Shown: positions 49,795 to 62,534, counted from the whole stretch's first letter. The stretch: DNA of 62,966 bases, filler included, from Octopus bimaculoides (GCF_001194135.2; 6 parts of 5 records of this genome joined end to end with filler, not necessarily neighbours in it); one strand, 5' to 3'. Program-made: numbers and translations. The notes: generated from the letters alone by a model not told the origin.

Positions 49795-50447
49795 AAAGGA
49801 GGAAGTTGATTACATCAACTCAAGTGCTCAACTGGTACTTATTTTATCAACCCTAAAAGGATGAAAGGCAAAGTTAATGTCAGCAGAATTTGAACTCAGG
49901 ACACAGTGACAGGCAAAATACTGCTAAGCATTTTGCCTGACATGCTAACAATTCTGCCAGCTCACCACCTTAAGAGTAATAATAATAATAATAATAATAA
50001 TCCTTTCTACTATAGGCACAAGGCCTGAAATTTTGGGGGAGGGGACTAGTTAAATATATCAACCCCAGTTTTTCACCGGTAGTTAATTTATTGACCCCAA
50101 AATAATGAAATGCAAAGTTGACTTTGATGGAATTTGAACTCAGAACATAAAGACAGACGAAATGCAGGTAAGTATTTTACCTGGTGTGCTAATGATTCTG
50201 CCAGCTCGCCACCCTAATAATAATAATGGTTTCCCATTTTTTGGACAAGGCCAGTAGTTTTGGGGAAGGGTCTAAGCTAGTTACACCAACCCCCCAGTGC
50301 TCAAGTTGTACTTACTTTTATCAACTTGAAAAGGATGAGAGACAAAGTCAACCTTGGCAGAATTTGAACTCATAACGTAAAGATGGATGAAATGCTACTA
50401 AGCATTTTCACCCAGTGCACTGACGATTCCATCAGCTTGTTACCCTC
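49795..50447 (-). mobile_element. Three diverged family C SINEs in tandem, same orientation, joined by (TAA)n
   Basis: Units ~49795-49972, 50000-50216 and 50230-50447, each with gaatttgaactca (B box) and ctgccagctc-cc-cc head. Confidence 0.85.
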
Positions 50448-50923
50448 CAACTTCTAGAAATATCAGCAACATTTCCTTGAAATTGAATCTTTCAGTCTTA
50501 GAAAAATGGAGAAACCAAAGAATTATTCATGGTGTTTTTGATTATGTGTTCAGTCAGAACAATAGCAACAACCATGCAAAGAATGAATTATGTTTCTGGA
50601 GGTAGGAGAATGTTAGGCTGAATTGTGGTTTAAGCACGCCAAATAATCCTCCTCACAACTTAAAAATAGTTTTTGGAATTTTCAGAAAATTTTTCCGCAT
50701 TTGTGTTCTATGCACGGGAATTCACACAATTCTGCAAATTTTCTTTTTTATTTTACCCCCATTCAGCCCATAAATCCTAAAAGTTACAAATGTTTTTAAA
50801 ATCAGCGTTTACAACACAGACAGTCCAAACTTTTTGCTTAAATCTAAACAATGGACCGTCCTTGAGTGATTCCTCATTTCATTCAATGTGTTCCAAGAGA
50901 AGAAAAATATTCTTTTCGGCACT

Positions 50924-51529
50924 GTCATGGTATTAGCTGTCAGAAGTGAAAGTAGAACTGACAAGGAACGTTACTGCTGGTTTGAGTTGATTCTTTGGCT
51001 ACTGACTAGTTGGAGCTATCTATCTGTCTGTCTCACTATCTCTCTCTCTCTCACTCTATCTATCTATCTATCTATCACTCGTTCACCTCTGTGTCCGTAG
51101 AATTTATCAAATTAGAAAACGCAAATTTAATATAAAAATATATTTTCTGAAATTGCAAATTATTTAAAATATAAAAATATAATTTTCAACAGAGAGAATT
51201 TATCAAAATAGAAAACAAATGAAATTTGAAGTTTAAAAATAATAGGATCGACCACTCACGACTAGATAGCGCGGACGCGCGACTGCGCGTTCGAGACCAC
51301 TCTGCTTTAGTAGTACCCTTATACTCTGTGTGTTTTCAAACGCATGCATATAGGTGTCAAATTTGTTCCAATAACTTTCAAGTGAGAGAGAGACAGACAG
51401 ACAGACAGATAGCTCGCTCCGGCCAGTCATGGTATTAGCTGTCAGTAGCCAAAGAATCAACTCAAACCAGCAGTAACGTTCCTTGTCAGATTTTTCTACT
51501 TTCACTTCTGACAGCTAATACCATGACTG
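50924..51529. repeat. Inverted repeat (arms ~50924-51050 and ~51385-51529) around a CpG-containing spacer
   Basis: About 85 bp of near-perfect reverse complement plus (TCTG)n/(CAGA)n flanks; the right arm has its own perfect 22-bp inverted ends. Confidence 0.88.
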
Positions 51530-51559
51530 CTTTCTTTTCTAATCTAGGCACAAGACCCG

Positions 51560-51740
51560 TTCAAAATGCTTAGTGGCATTTCGTTCGTGTTTACATTCTA
51601 AAGTACAAATTTTGCCAAGGTCGACTTTGACTTTCATCCTTTCGTAGTCAATACAATGCGTACCAGTTGAGCACAGGGATCAATGCAATCCACTTATGCC
51701 CTCCATCAAGATGCTGGTATTGTGCCAAAAATTGAAACCA
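51560..51740 (+). mobile_element. SINE family C
   Basis: aaatgcttagtggcatttcg...gtcgactttgactttcatcctttcg...taccagttgagcac. Confidence 0.75.
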
Positions 51741-52849
51741 ATATTTTCTGCAAGAAAGGGTCAAATAGGGTAAAGATCGCAGCTTATAATCACATCTGGT
51801 CTTAAATAACAACACAAAAATTTGCAACAACGATAACATTTGAAAGGAAATACAATGAACCGCTGAAAACGTAACAAAGAAAACAAATTAGAAGAATATA
51901 CCTTAGGAAGGTTAAACATGAAAGGTGTGAATTGTAGCGAAGTAAATGCAAGGAAAGAACAAATTTAAAGATGCGGAGAGGAAGTGCAGGATCGCAGTGA
52001 ATGCGTTGATAAACACTTTATGAAATTATGTCAGGGAATTTTAACAAGGGACACCGGTACCTCTGAGACGAAAGAAAAATTGTTTACGTTGTCGCCTTTT
52101 CTGTATATTTGTAATTAGTTCAGCTAATTTAATTATACAATTAAATCTTGGGAGAGGCAAAAACTAAATATTGTTTATAAATTAATAAAGGAATGAACCA
52201 GTGCGTGTGTTTATTTTAATTAAATACCTCTAAGTTACCTAAGTATTTTTCTCACAATACGCATGCTTTTAAAATTAAAGTACTTATGACTCTTATTACT
52301 ACATTGCGTCTTGGAAAGAACATGCCGATTTCGTTTCGGCTTTTCAAGAAAATCCTGATGTTTTTATATATTCCTTATTTTCTCGAAAATACACCGTAGT
52401 TCTCTCCAAAAGTTATTAAGTGTCTGATGCGGTGTTTCTTTTTCATTCTTATGCCTGGTATTTTAGGAAGATTGTTGAATTTCGCTTTCATTAAGGGTCG
52501 ATGATACAATCGTCTCTCGTTATTTTATATATTCATTTACTTATTTATGTAATCGTCGCTATAAGTGGAACTTACATCTTATATTGTGTAGGACTACACT
52601 GTCCAATATATCGTTCTTTTTTTTTAATAAGATAGCAGATCTACTACGAAAAGGTACTTGGCTACTATTTCTAGTAGGTCGAAAGACACGTAGCGGCAGC
52701 TTCATAGATATGTAATCGTTATTTTGCTCTGAGATTATTATAATTTTCTATTTAACATGGTGTGTATATATTAAAAGAAGCAAATTTATGCAATTAAAGG
52801 TGATTCTAAATGTTAAATTATGTTAGGAACTTCTAATTTAAGTCACCGG

Positions 52850-52899
52850 TGTCATTCCAACGCGGGAAAATTGTCAACGTCACCGCCTACTTGGTAAGA
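52850..52899 (+). other. Candidate non-coding first exon of ZNF-C
   Basis: CGCGGGAAA motif and donor TTG|GTAAGA at 52894. Confidence 0.4.
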
Positions 52900-53502
52900 T
52901 TAATTAGTTTAGCTAATGTAATTATGTTGTGTAATAATTATCTGATATTAAGGTAAAGTTTGATTTACATGTTTCATGATCTGTGTTCTATCATCTTCAT
53001 GATTAAATATTTTATTTCATCACAAACTACATTACATCGTATATTGATTGTCCCCTATTTTACAGGACGGGTTTTAATCTAGAAATGAGTGAATATCTAT
53101 TCTGAACATTATTGACTTTTTTCAGCTGAATTTCAAATTGAAAAGAATTTTTATTTGAATTACTATCGCAACACACATTGTTGCTCTTTTCCTCTAATCG
53201 TGGGAAACAAACTCCATTTATTGGGACCACACCTATATGAGAATACGTACACACTCACATACATTCGTACACGTATATTGAGTTTCTATTATAAACACTC
53301 ATATTCTCTCTCCCGACATCATTGTTTTCCGCCGTGATTTTTGCTTCTCTGTTTTGATTATTATTGCATTGCAATATCTCTTAAGATCGCTCCGATTTCA
53401 TCAGGACGTCTGCTGCCAGTCGTTTATCCTATAGACTGGGATAGCATATTTTAACCATTTCTACATTTCTTAATTTTGACATAGATATAATTATTTTTAC
53501 AG

Positions 53503-53553
53503 CAAAATGTGAATTACTAGGATAGTACTCAGTCAGCTGCAAGTATTCTAATG
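53503..53553 (+). other. Candidate 5' UTR exon of ZNF-C (intron 53554-53679)
   Basis: Acceptor ttatttttacag|, donor ATG|GTGAGT, next acceptor ttccaacttttag|G at 53680. Confidence 0.6.
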
Positions 53554-53698
53554 GTGAGTAGACTATACATACCTACATTAAATATTTTCCACGCGTGTAA
53601 ACAGTTTCATGATAGATAAAATTTTTTTAAAAAACTGAAGCAGGATAGATTATTCTGTCAGACATTTTCCAACTTTTAGGAATTCCTCAAGAATTAAT

Positions 53699-54916
53699 AT
53701 GGAGGACGTTAATCATTTGGACACTTCAACTACAACTGTTATTACCAATATAAATACAGTTACACAGACCGACAAAGATGATAAACTTGTAAACAACAAT
53801 GTTCCTGAACATCACTCTGAGATTTGTAAGAAGACATTCTCTTCAGAACATGAAGTCTCCATGCACAAAGAAATACACAATAAGGTAACAGCCTATCATT
53901 GTGACATTTGTGGAAAATACTTTGTCTCAAACAATAATTTAACAATACACAAGAGAATACACTCTGGAGAAAAACCGTTTCACTGTGAAATGTGTGGAAA
54001 ATCATTCTCTGATAATTCTAATTTTGTAGTTCACAAACGAATACATACTGGAGAGAGACCTTACCACTGTGAAATATGTGGAAAATTGTTCTCCGATAAT
54101 TCTAGTCTTGTAGTTCACATACGTAGTCACACTGGCGAAAAACCATTTCATTGTGAAATTTGTGGGAAATATTTTGTCAAGAATGGCGACTTAAAAAAAC
54201 ATATAAGAAAACATACTGGAGAAAAACCTTTTCCTTGTGAAATCTGTGGGAAATCTTTCTCTGATAATTCTAATCTTGTAGTTCACAAAAGAATACATAC
54301 TGGAGAAAAACCATTTCATTGTGAAATATGTGGAAAATCATTTAACACCAAAGGTCAATTAAATAGACACAAAAGAATACACACAGGGGAAAAGCCTTTC
54401 CACTGTGAAGTATGCGGGAAATCATTGGCCTCTAATGGTGATTTAACAACACACAAACGTAGCCACACGGGAGAGAAACCTTTTCCTTGTGAACTATGTG
54501 GGAAATCATTCTCGGACAATTCTAATCTTGTAGTTCATAAAAGAATACATACTGGAGAGAAACCTTTTCACTGTGAAATTTGTGGGAAATATTTTGTCCA
54601 GAATGGTGATTTAAACAAACATAAAAGAATCCACACTGGAGAAAAGCCTTTTCATTGTGAAATCTGTGGTAAATCATTTACTCAGAATTCTTGTCTTATT
54701 ATCCACAATCGTAGTCACACTGGAGAAAAACCATATTACTGTGAAATATGTGGAAAATCATTCACCACTAATGGTGATTTGACAACACACAAACGTAGTC
54801 ACACAAGAGAGAAACCATTCCAGTGTGAAATATGTGAGGAATCATTTGTTTATAGAAGATATTTAACAGAACACAAAAGAATACACACAGGAGAAAAACC
54901 GTATAATTGTGAAATA
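53699..54916 (+). CDS. ZNF-C: tandem C2H2 zinc-finger protein, at least 12 complete fingers, 3' end lost in gap 54917-55077
   Basis: ATG at 53699; one degenerate N-terminal finger (SEIC), then FHCEICGK...HTGEKP repeats. Confidence 0.92.
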
Positions 54917-55099
54917 NNNNNNNNNNNNNNNNNNNNNNNNNNNNNNNNNNNNNNNNNNNNNNNNNNNNNNNNNNNNNNNNNNNNNNNNNNNNNNNNNNNN
55001 NNNNNNNNNNNNNNNNNNNNNNNNNNNNNNNNNNNNNNNNNNNNNNNNNNNNNNNNNNNNNNNNNNNNNNNNNNNNNAACATTATTGTTCATCATCAAA

Positions 55100-55640
55100 T
55101 ACAAATAGACATTGGAGAATATCTATCATGGTGAAATATGTCAGAAATCATTCTCTAGTCTACAAATGTGCTTTTGTTTGAGTAAAACCCCTTCACTAAA
55201 ATGTTTGGAAAATTCTTATTTGAGAATTATTACCTTGTAGTAAACAAATTAAAATATACACAGGACAAAACACAATATCAATGTTATATATAGCTTTATG
55301 AAGTGGTGGTCCCGTGGCTATTTAAAATGAGGTAAGTCTTCGCTTGTAATCCACAGCTGAATACAAACTGAAGAAAGAAAAATTATTGTGAAATATATAG
55401 GAAAATCATTCTCTGAGTTGTGGTCTTGTAATTCACAAACATTCACTGGAAAAAGATCTACTCTGTTATTTGTCTCCGAATTTCTTTCAGAAATACAATC
55501 TCATTAATCATAACTAGGATTACACCAGGATAAAGCTTTTTAGATGTAGATTTTGTGGAAAATTGTTCTAATCCAAAAGCTCTTTGTTAAACATAGGCAA
55601 ATAGATACAGGAAGAAACTACTATTGAGATAATTTGTTGG
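55100..55640 (+). pseudogene. Decayed zinc-finger units downstream of ZNF-C
   Basis: Frameshifted remnants: tatcatggtgaaatatgtcagaaatcattctct, tattgtgaaatatataggaaaatcattctct, tttagatgtagattttgtggaaaattgttc. Confidence 0.7.
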
Positions 55641-55884
55641 AAACCTTTTTTTAATAGAAGTCATAACAATGGTGGATTTTAAGAAAAGTTACACAGTCGT
55701 TCTTTTTCAATTATATTTTATGTATGGTATTCTGTTACAGAAATCTGTCCTATCAGTGTCTGGACATTGTATCTATTCATCCAGTCTGTGATGTTGTTTT
55801 GCTAATGCTAGGTACGATAAGCATTTTGTATGTGACCAGGACTATTTAATCCTTTTGCGTTCAGTTTATTCTGTTAAAAGTAAT

Positions 55885-56400
55885 GTTTCTTTATTCACAT
55901 ATCTTTAATTAATCATGAAGTAACTGTTAAATTTTAGAATGATATTGTAGGGTAGGTGTGAGAGGGCACATCTGGCCAGTTTAAACATAAACATATTTTG
56001 GGCCACATATGGCTGGTTTAAATACTAAATGGTTAAGGTGATGACCAGTTCAATGTGAGGGACAACTTTATGGCATGTCACTTGGATAATGTTGGTGAAC
56101 AATGATACTCAGTTATATAACATCTGAAGTTTTGAACTTATTCACAAAAGCCCACTGTCATGATGGCTTATACAGTTTAGCCCTTTAGCATTTAAACCAG
56201 CTGTACCCAGCCTAAACATACTACCTGTTTTATGTTCTAATAGGCAGATCCAGCCTATCACACCTACCCTTCAATGCCATTCTAAAAATATATAATCACA
56301 CCATCAAAATTTCAAAGCTACAAAATAATGCATGATTAATTCAAAACAATATGAATAAATAAGCATTAAATTTGACAATAGACTGAATGCTAAGGGATTA
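55885..56400. mobile_element. piggyBac-type MITE (56176-56400) and an inverted partial copy (55885-56037)
   Basis: Ends ttagccctttagcatt and gaatgctaagggattaa (TTAA/CCC-type); the partial copy shares tagggtaggtgtgagag...tactaaatggttaa. Confidence 0.6.
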
Positions 56401-56718
56401 ATGCAAATCTGTACAAATAGATGATACAAACCTTGAACTATTTAAGCCAAAATTATGTGACCTCAGTGCAATCATCGAACTGATGTCCTATATCTTACAA
56501 CAATTCAAGAATGTTCATTTGAACACTTAAAATGTGCTATTCAAAAAATATCCGAAGCTAAAGAAAGATTATCTTTTCAGATTGATAATAAGTTGTTAAT
56601 GAGAACAAAAACAAGAACGAGTTCATAATTTCCTGCTAAGGCTTAACATGCATGTATTTATGTAAAGATCACCCAAACACAGAGCTTATAAAGTTTTTTT
56701 TTTTTTTTATTAATGGAA

Positions 56719-57330
56719 TCAATCATACTCAGATGAAAGTATTATTGATTGTCTAAGAACTTTGTCTAAAGCATCCATCTCAGTTTTAGTTAGCCTTGTA
56801 ATGGTGCAGTTGGAGCTAATGTTTACTCTTGGATCAAAAATACAGCCAAGTTCTAATACACCACTAACAATGACTGTCATCAAGTAAAGTTGATCAAACA
56901 ACAAATGAGTGAAGCTGGGTTAATTATTGTATTAATGATAAGATCATCACATTTTCCTAGGTTCTGCCCTACATTAGGGAAGAAATGCTTCTGTTGTGGC
57001 ACATTGGGTTGCTTCAACATATTCTGCAGCTCAAAGCCACTGAATTCATGCTGACGCCCATAAAGTTTGACTAAAGTATGTCTCATATCAGTTTCATACA
57101 GTGTTCTTTACATTTGTATAAGATTATGACAATGGATTAATTCTGCTGATGCTCAGATAGTTGAAAGCATGAAAAATCGTTTTAATATTTTGTATCTTTT
57201 ATGTTCACTTAAAAGAATCATGTTGCTGGAAAAGATTGGTGGAGACCAACTCTTTTAAGAACAATTATTTACAAGACATTCTTCTGAAATGATTGTAGAG
57301 AATAAATTTATCTTTAATCAAAACAGGTTG
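56719..57330 (-). pseudogene. Unidentified decayed intronless reading frame
   Basis: About 200 codons of protein-like sequence with about three stops and one frameshift linking track ORFs 56880-57086 and 56719-56904. Confidence 0.45.
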
Positions 57331-57598
57331 TTTGTTTTTTAATCTTATTCTGCAAAAATTTTTTTCTACAATTCATAATACACACATCACTGAAGAAAGC
57401 AAGATTTTGTTTGGTGACCTAATCTTGGTAGAGACAGTAAGGAATTTGTCAGATCTTATGACATGCTAAAAATCAAAATTAAATGTGAGACAGCAGAANN
57501 NNNNNNNNNNNNNNNNNNNNNNNNNNNNNNNNNNNNNNNNNNTTAATTAATTAANNNNNNNNNNNNNNNNNNNNNNNNNNNNNNNNNNNNNNNNNNNN

Positions 57599-57639
<41 letters not shown>

Positions 57640-57949
57640 ATGGATATCTGAGATGTGTATGTATACATGATATCTGAAATGTGTATGTATACATAATATC
57701 TATCCATGTAAATGGATAGATATGTAGTTCTCATATGGTATCTGAAAATACATAGCGTACTGGTACTCTTGAATGCTCAGTGAGGAAAATGAGCTTACCA
57801 TTCACCTTTAATCATACCACTAAATGTTAATTTGAAATTAGAAAGGAGGACAAGTGTATGTGAACTTACTGATTATGTCTTAAAAAAACTTTTTGAAAGA
57901 AAAAGAGAAAGCTTGAGAGAGAAATCTCCTCTATGCTGCTCCTTCATTT

Positions 57950-58146
57950 ACTCTTTACTCTTTTACTCTCTTACTTGTTTCAGTCATTTGACTGCAGCCA
58001 TGCTGGAGCACTGCCTTTAGTCAAGCAAATCGACCCCAGGACTTATTCTTTGGAAGCCTAGTACTTATTCTATCGGTCTCTTTTGTCAAGTGATGTTGGG
58101 GGGACAAACACAGACACAAACATATGCACATACATACATATACATA
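57950..58146 (-). mobile_element. SINE family B 3' half
   Basis: ttgtttcagtcatttgactgcagccatgctggagcac...agtacttattctatcggtctc. Confidence 0.85.
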
Positions 58147-58759
58147 NNNNNNNNNNNNNNNNNNNNNNNNNNNNNNNNNNNNNNNNNNNNNNNNNNNNNN
58201 NNNNNNNNNNNNNNNNNNNNNNNNNNNNNNNNNNNNNNNNNNNNNNNNNNNNNNNNNNNNNNNNNNNNNNNNNNNNNNNNNNNNNNNNNNNNNNNNNNNN
58301 NNNNNNNNNNNNNNNNNNNNNNNNNNNNNNNNNNNNNNNNNNNNNNNNNNNNNNNNNNNNNNNNNNNNNNNNNNNNNNNNNNNNNNNNNNNNNNNNNNNN
58401 NNNNNNNNNNNNNNNNNNNNNNNNNNNNNNNNNNNNNNNNNNNNNNNNNNNNNNNNNNNNNNNNNNNNNNNNNNNNNNNNNNNNNNNNNNNNNNNNNNNN
58501 NNNNNNNNNNNNNNNNNNNNNNNNNNNNNNNNNNNNNNNNNNNNNNNNNNNNNNNNNNNNNNNNNNNNNNNNNNNNNNNNNNNNNNNNNNNNNNNNNNNN
58601 NNNNNNNNNNNNNNNNNNNNNNNNNNNNNNNNNNNNNNNNNNNNNNNNNNNNNNNNNNNNNNNNNNNNNNNNNNNNNNNNNNNNNNNNNNNNNNNNNNNN
58701 NNNNNNNNNNNNNNNNNNNNNNNNNNNNNNNNNNNAACAAATTATTTCACATTCTCTTG

Positions 58760-58930
58760 AATGTTTCATCATCATCATCGTTGTCGTCGTCGTCATCATT
58801 ATTATCATCATTATTGTCATTATCATCGTCATCATCATCAATATCATCATCATCATCATCATTTAACGTCTGTTTTCCATACTGGCATGGGTTAGATGGT
58901 TTGACAAGAGTTGGCAAGCCAGAAGACTAG
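58760..58930 (-). mobile_element. RTE-type tail with expanded (CAT)n
   Basis: (CAT)n-ttaacgtctgttttccatactggcatgggttagatgg. Confidence 0.7.
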
Positions 58931-59131
58931 TTATTTATCATGCTTTCACGTTTTTCTAGAGCTCATTCAATATAAACCTTGGCCTAGACACTCATGATGG
59001 GTCTGTAGGAAAAACTATTTCTTTTGATATGCACACAGCTGGACTTGATTTTTAGGTTTATTCTAATGTTTATAGAAATTATTATAGCTTGGTGAATTTG
59101 GCTATCATTAGGTATCTTCAAGATATATAAG

Positions 59132-59510
59132 CACAGGCATGGCAGTGTGGTAAGAAGCTTGTTTCCCAACCACATGTTTCTGGGTTCAGTCCCACTATGT
59201 GGCATTTTGGGCAAATGTCTTCTATCATAGCCTCAGGCCAACCAAAGTTTCGTGAGTGGCTATGGTAGATGGAAACTGAAAGAAGTCCATTGTATGTGTG
59301 TGTGTGTGTCTTTATGTCTGTGTTTGTCCCCCACTATCGCTTGATAACCAGTACTGGTGTGTGTACATCCTGGAAACTTAGCAGTTCAGCAAAAGTGAAT
59401 GATAGAATAAGTACCAGACTTTTAAAAAGTAAGTACTGGGGTCAATTCATTCAACTAAAAATTTCTGCCCCAGCATAGCCACAGTCTCGTGACTGAAACA
59501 AGTAAAAGAT
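59132..59510 (+). mobile_element. Full-length SINE family B
   Basis: gcacaggcatggcagtgtggtaagaagc head to gactgaaacaagtaaaaga tail. Confidence 0.85.
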
Positions 59511-60404
59511 AAAAGTTATTTATGAATATTTCATATACAACAATCTAACTCTGCCTGGAGGTACTAAAAACTTAACCTGCCACTTAGAGTGAAATAAACT
59601 TTGCCATCTCATCACTACAGAATATATATTTGTAATTTAAATACTAATTCAACTGTGATACTTTTTATAAAACATTTAGACATAATAGCTACCATTATGC
59701 TTCATGTCATAGTTATTTAAAAATTTCTATATTTCTTTATCTGAATAATCATTAAATATTTAAATAAATACATTTATGTCCAACTCTTTTATAAACATAT
59801 TTAGTAATGAAAATAAACCTTTAGCTACTTCTGTCTCTTAGCTACAAATCAAATAGGTTCATTTGGATAGCTTGATTTCAATTTTAAATTCATTTTAATA
59901 TTTCAACTGGACCATACAAACTGAATAAAAAGCAAATGTTCTTAATCACCATTGGCTACTGGTTCATACTCTCACACATTCCTACTCATTATATGTGTGT
60001 GTGTGTATGCACACACACACACACACATATATATATATANNNNNNNNNNNNNNNNNNNNNNNNNNNNNNNNNNNNNNNNNNNNTTAATTAATTAANNNNN
60101 NNNNNNNNNNNNNNNNNNNNNNNNNNNNNNNNNNNNNNNATATATATATGTGTATGTATGTATGTATGTATGTATGTATATGTGTGTGTGTGAGAACATA
60201 TACATAGCTGTTCATAGCATTGCATACCATTGACATTCTTGTGATTCTCATGGCAATTGCCAATTGTATTGTATGTTCTTTTGAAAACAAAATCTCTTAA
60301 TCTCTATAATGATATAATACACACACACACACACACAGAATCAAGCACACATACATATATATACAGTATATGTATGTATGAATGTATGAATGTATATACG
60401 TATA

Positions 60405-60452
<48 letters not shown>

Positions 60453-61814
60453 NNNNNNNNNNNNNNNNNNNNNNNNNNNNNNNNNNNNNNNNNNNNNNNN
60501 NNNNNNNNNNNNNNNNNNNNNNNNNNNNNNNNNNNNNNNNNNNNNNNNNNNNNNNNNNNNNNNNNNNNNNNNNNNNNNNNNNNNNNNNNNNNNNNNNNNN
60601 NNNNNNNNNNNNNNNNNNNNNNNNNNNNNNNNNNNNNNNNNNNNNNNNNNNNNNNNNNNNNNNNNNNNNNNNNNNNNNNNNNNNNNNNNNNNNNNNNNNN
60701 NNNNNNNNNNNNNNNNNNNNNNNNNNNNNNNNNNNNNNNNNNNNNNNNNNNNNNNNNNNNNNNNNNNNNNNNNNNNNNNNNNNNNNNNNNNNNNNNNNNN
60801 NNNNNNNNNNNNNNNNNNNNNNNNNNNNNNNNNNNNNNNNNNNNNNNNNNNNNNNNNNNNNNNNNNNNNNNNNNNNNNNNNNNNNNNNNNNNNNNNNNNN
60901 NNNNNNNNNNNNNNNNNNNNNNNNNNNNNNNNNNNNNNNNNNNNNNNNNNNNNNNNNNNNNNNNNNNNNNNNNNNNNNNNNNNNNNNNNNNNNNNNNNNN
61001 NNNNNNNNNNNNNNNNNNNNNNNNNNNNNNNNNNNNNNNNNNNNNNNNNNNNNNNNNNNNNNNNNNNNNNNNNNNNNNNNNNNNNNNNNNNNNNNNNNNN
61101 NNNNNNNNNNNNNNNNNNNNNNNNNNNNNNNNNNNNNNNNNNNNNNNNNNNNNNNNNNNNNNNNNNNNNNNNNNNNNNNNNNNNNNNNNNNNNNNNNNNN
61201 NNNNNNNNNNNNNNNNNNNNNNNNNNNNNNNNNNNNNNNNNNNNNNNNNNNNNNNNNNNNNNNNNNNNNNNNNNNNNNNNNNNNNNNNNNNNNNNNNNNN
61301 NNNNNNNNNNNNNNNNNNNNNNNNNNNNNNNNNNNNNNNNNNNNNNNNNNNNNNNNNNNNNNNNNNNNNNNNNNNNNNNNNNNNNNNNNNNNNAATTTGT
61401 GTATGTATATGTATACACACACATATGTGTGTATATATGTGTGTGTATATATGTGTGTGTATATGCATGTATTCGTTATACCATTTGTTGTAGTTGATGT
61501 TTGTTAAGGTGGATGTTATTGGTGTTTATATTGTTGTTGTTTTTGTTTTTGTCTACGGTGGTAGAGGTGGGTGATGGGGGCAGGGTGGGGGTCGCATTGG
61601 GGATGTGAATGTGTCAGTAGGATTAGGGCTTGTTACCCTTCGGGGAAAGAAAAAAACCCAGGAAATTCGTACACAGTGGAAAATTCATGATCTAACCAAA
61701 TACACACTCACACATGCACACTCGCGCATGCGTGCATGCATGCACACATACACACTCTTACATTCATACACTCACATATAGAAACACAAGCAAGTACATA
61801 GAATCACTCACTTG

Positions 61815-61853
<39 letters not shown>

Positions 61854-62069
61854 TCACTTACATACACACATACACACACACACACTCACACACTCATACA
61901 AACACGTGCACTGACATGCGTACATATGCACATGCGCACGCATGCTCTGCACCACATTATTCAAACCGTATGAATTACAAATTCACATGGACATACACAT
62001 GAATAGATTTATATGTGAAAACACAACACACTTACTCCCACACATACACATACTGTGTATATTTGTGTG

Positions 62070-62290
62070 GGAAGATGCACAGCTTAGTTGTAAGGGTGTT
62101 GCATTCATGATTGTGATATCGTGGTTTCGATTCCCAGGCTAGGCGCTGCATTGTGTTCTTGAGCAAAGCACTTCATTTCACATTGCTCTGCGATCATTTC
62201 GTCATCTGACGTGTGGCACATCCTGTACCTGCACATGTAATGTCGATTTGATGCAGGAAGTGAGCTTATGTGATCACAAACATTTGATCC
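62070..62290 (+). mobile_element. tRNA-headed SINE with a central domain like that at 40900
   Basis: B box ggtttcgattcc, then tgtgttcttgagcaaagcacttcatttcacattgct. Confidence 0.65.
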
Positions 62291-62534
62291 CAAAACACCT
62301 GTGGAGTTATTCAGCAAGAAATTGCAGAACGCTGATGATGTTGATGATGATATGTCTAACGATGGGAGAGTTCATAATGCACACACACATATCTATATGT
62401 GTGTGTGTATACATATGTACGTATCTGTATGTGTATAAATATGTGTACATAAACAGAGTTATGATTTCATATTCTATATTTCTTAATTTCACTATTCATT
62501 CCGACTTTGCTTACTAATCACTGCTACAATCTAC

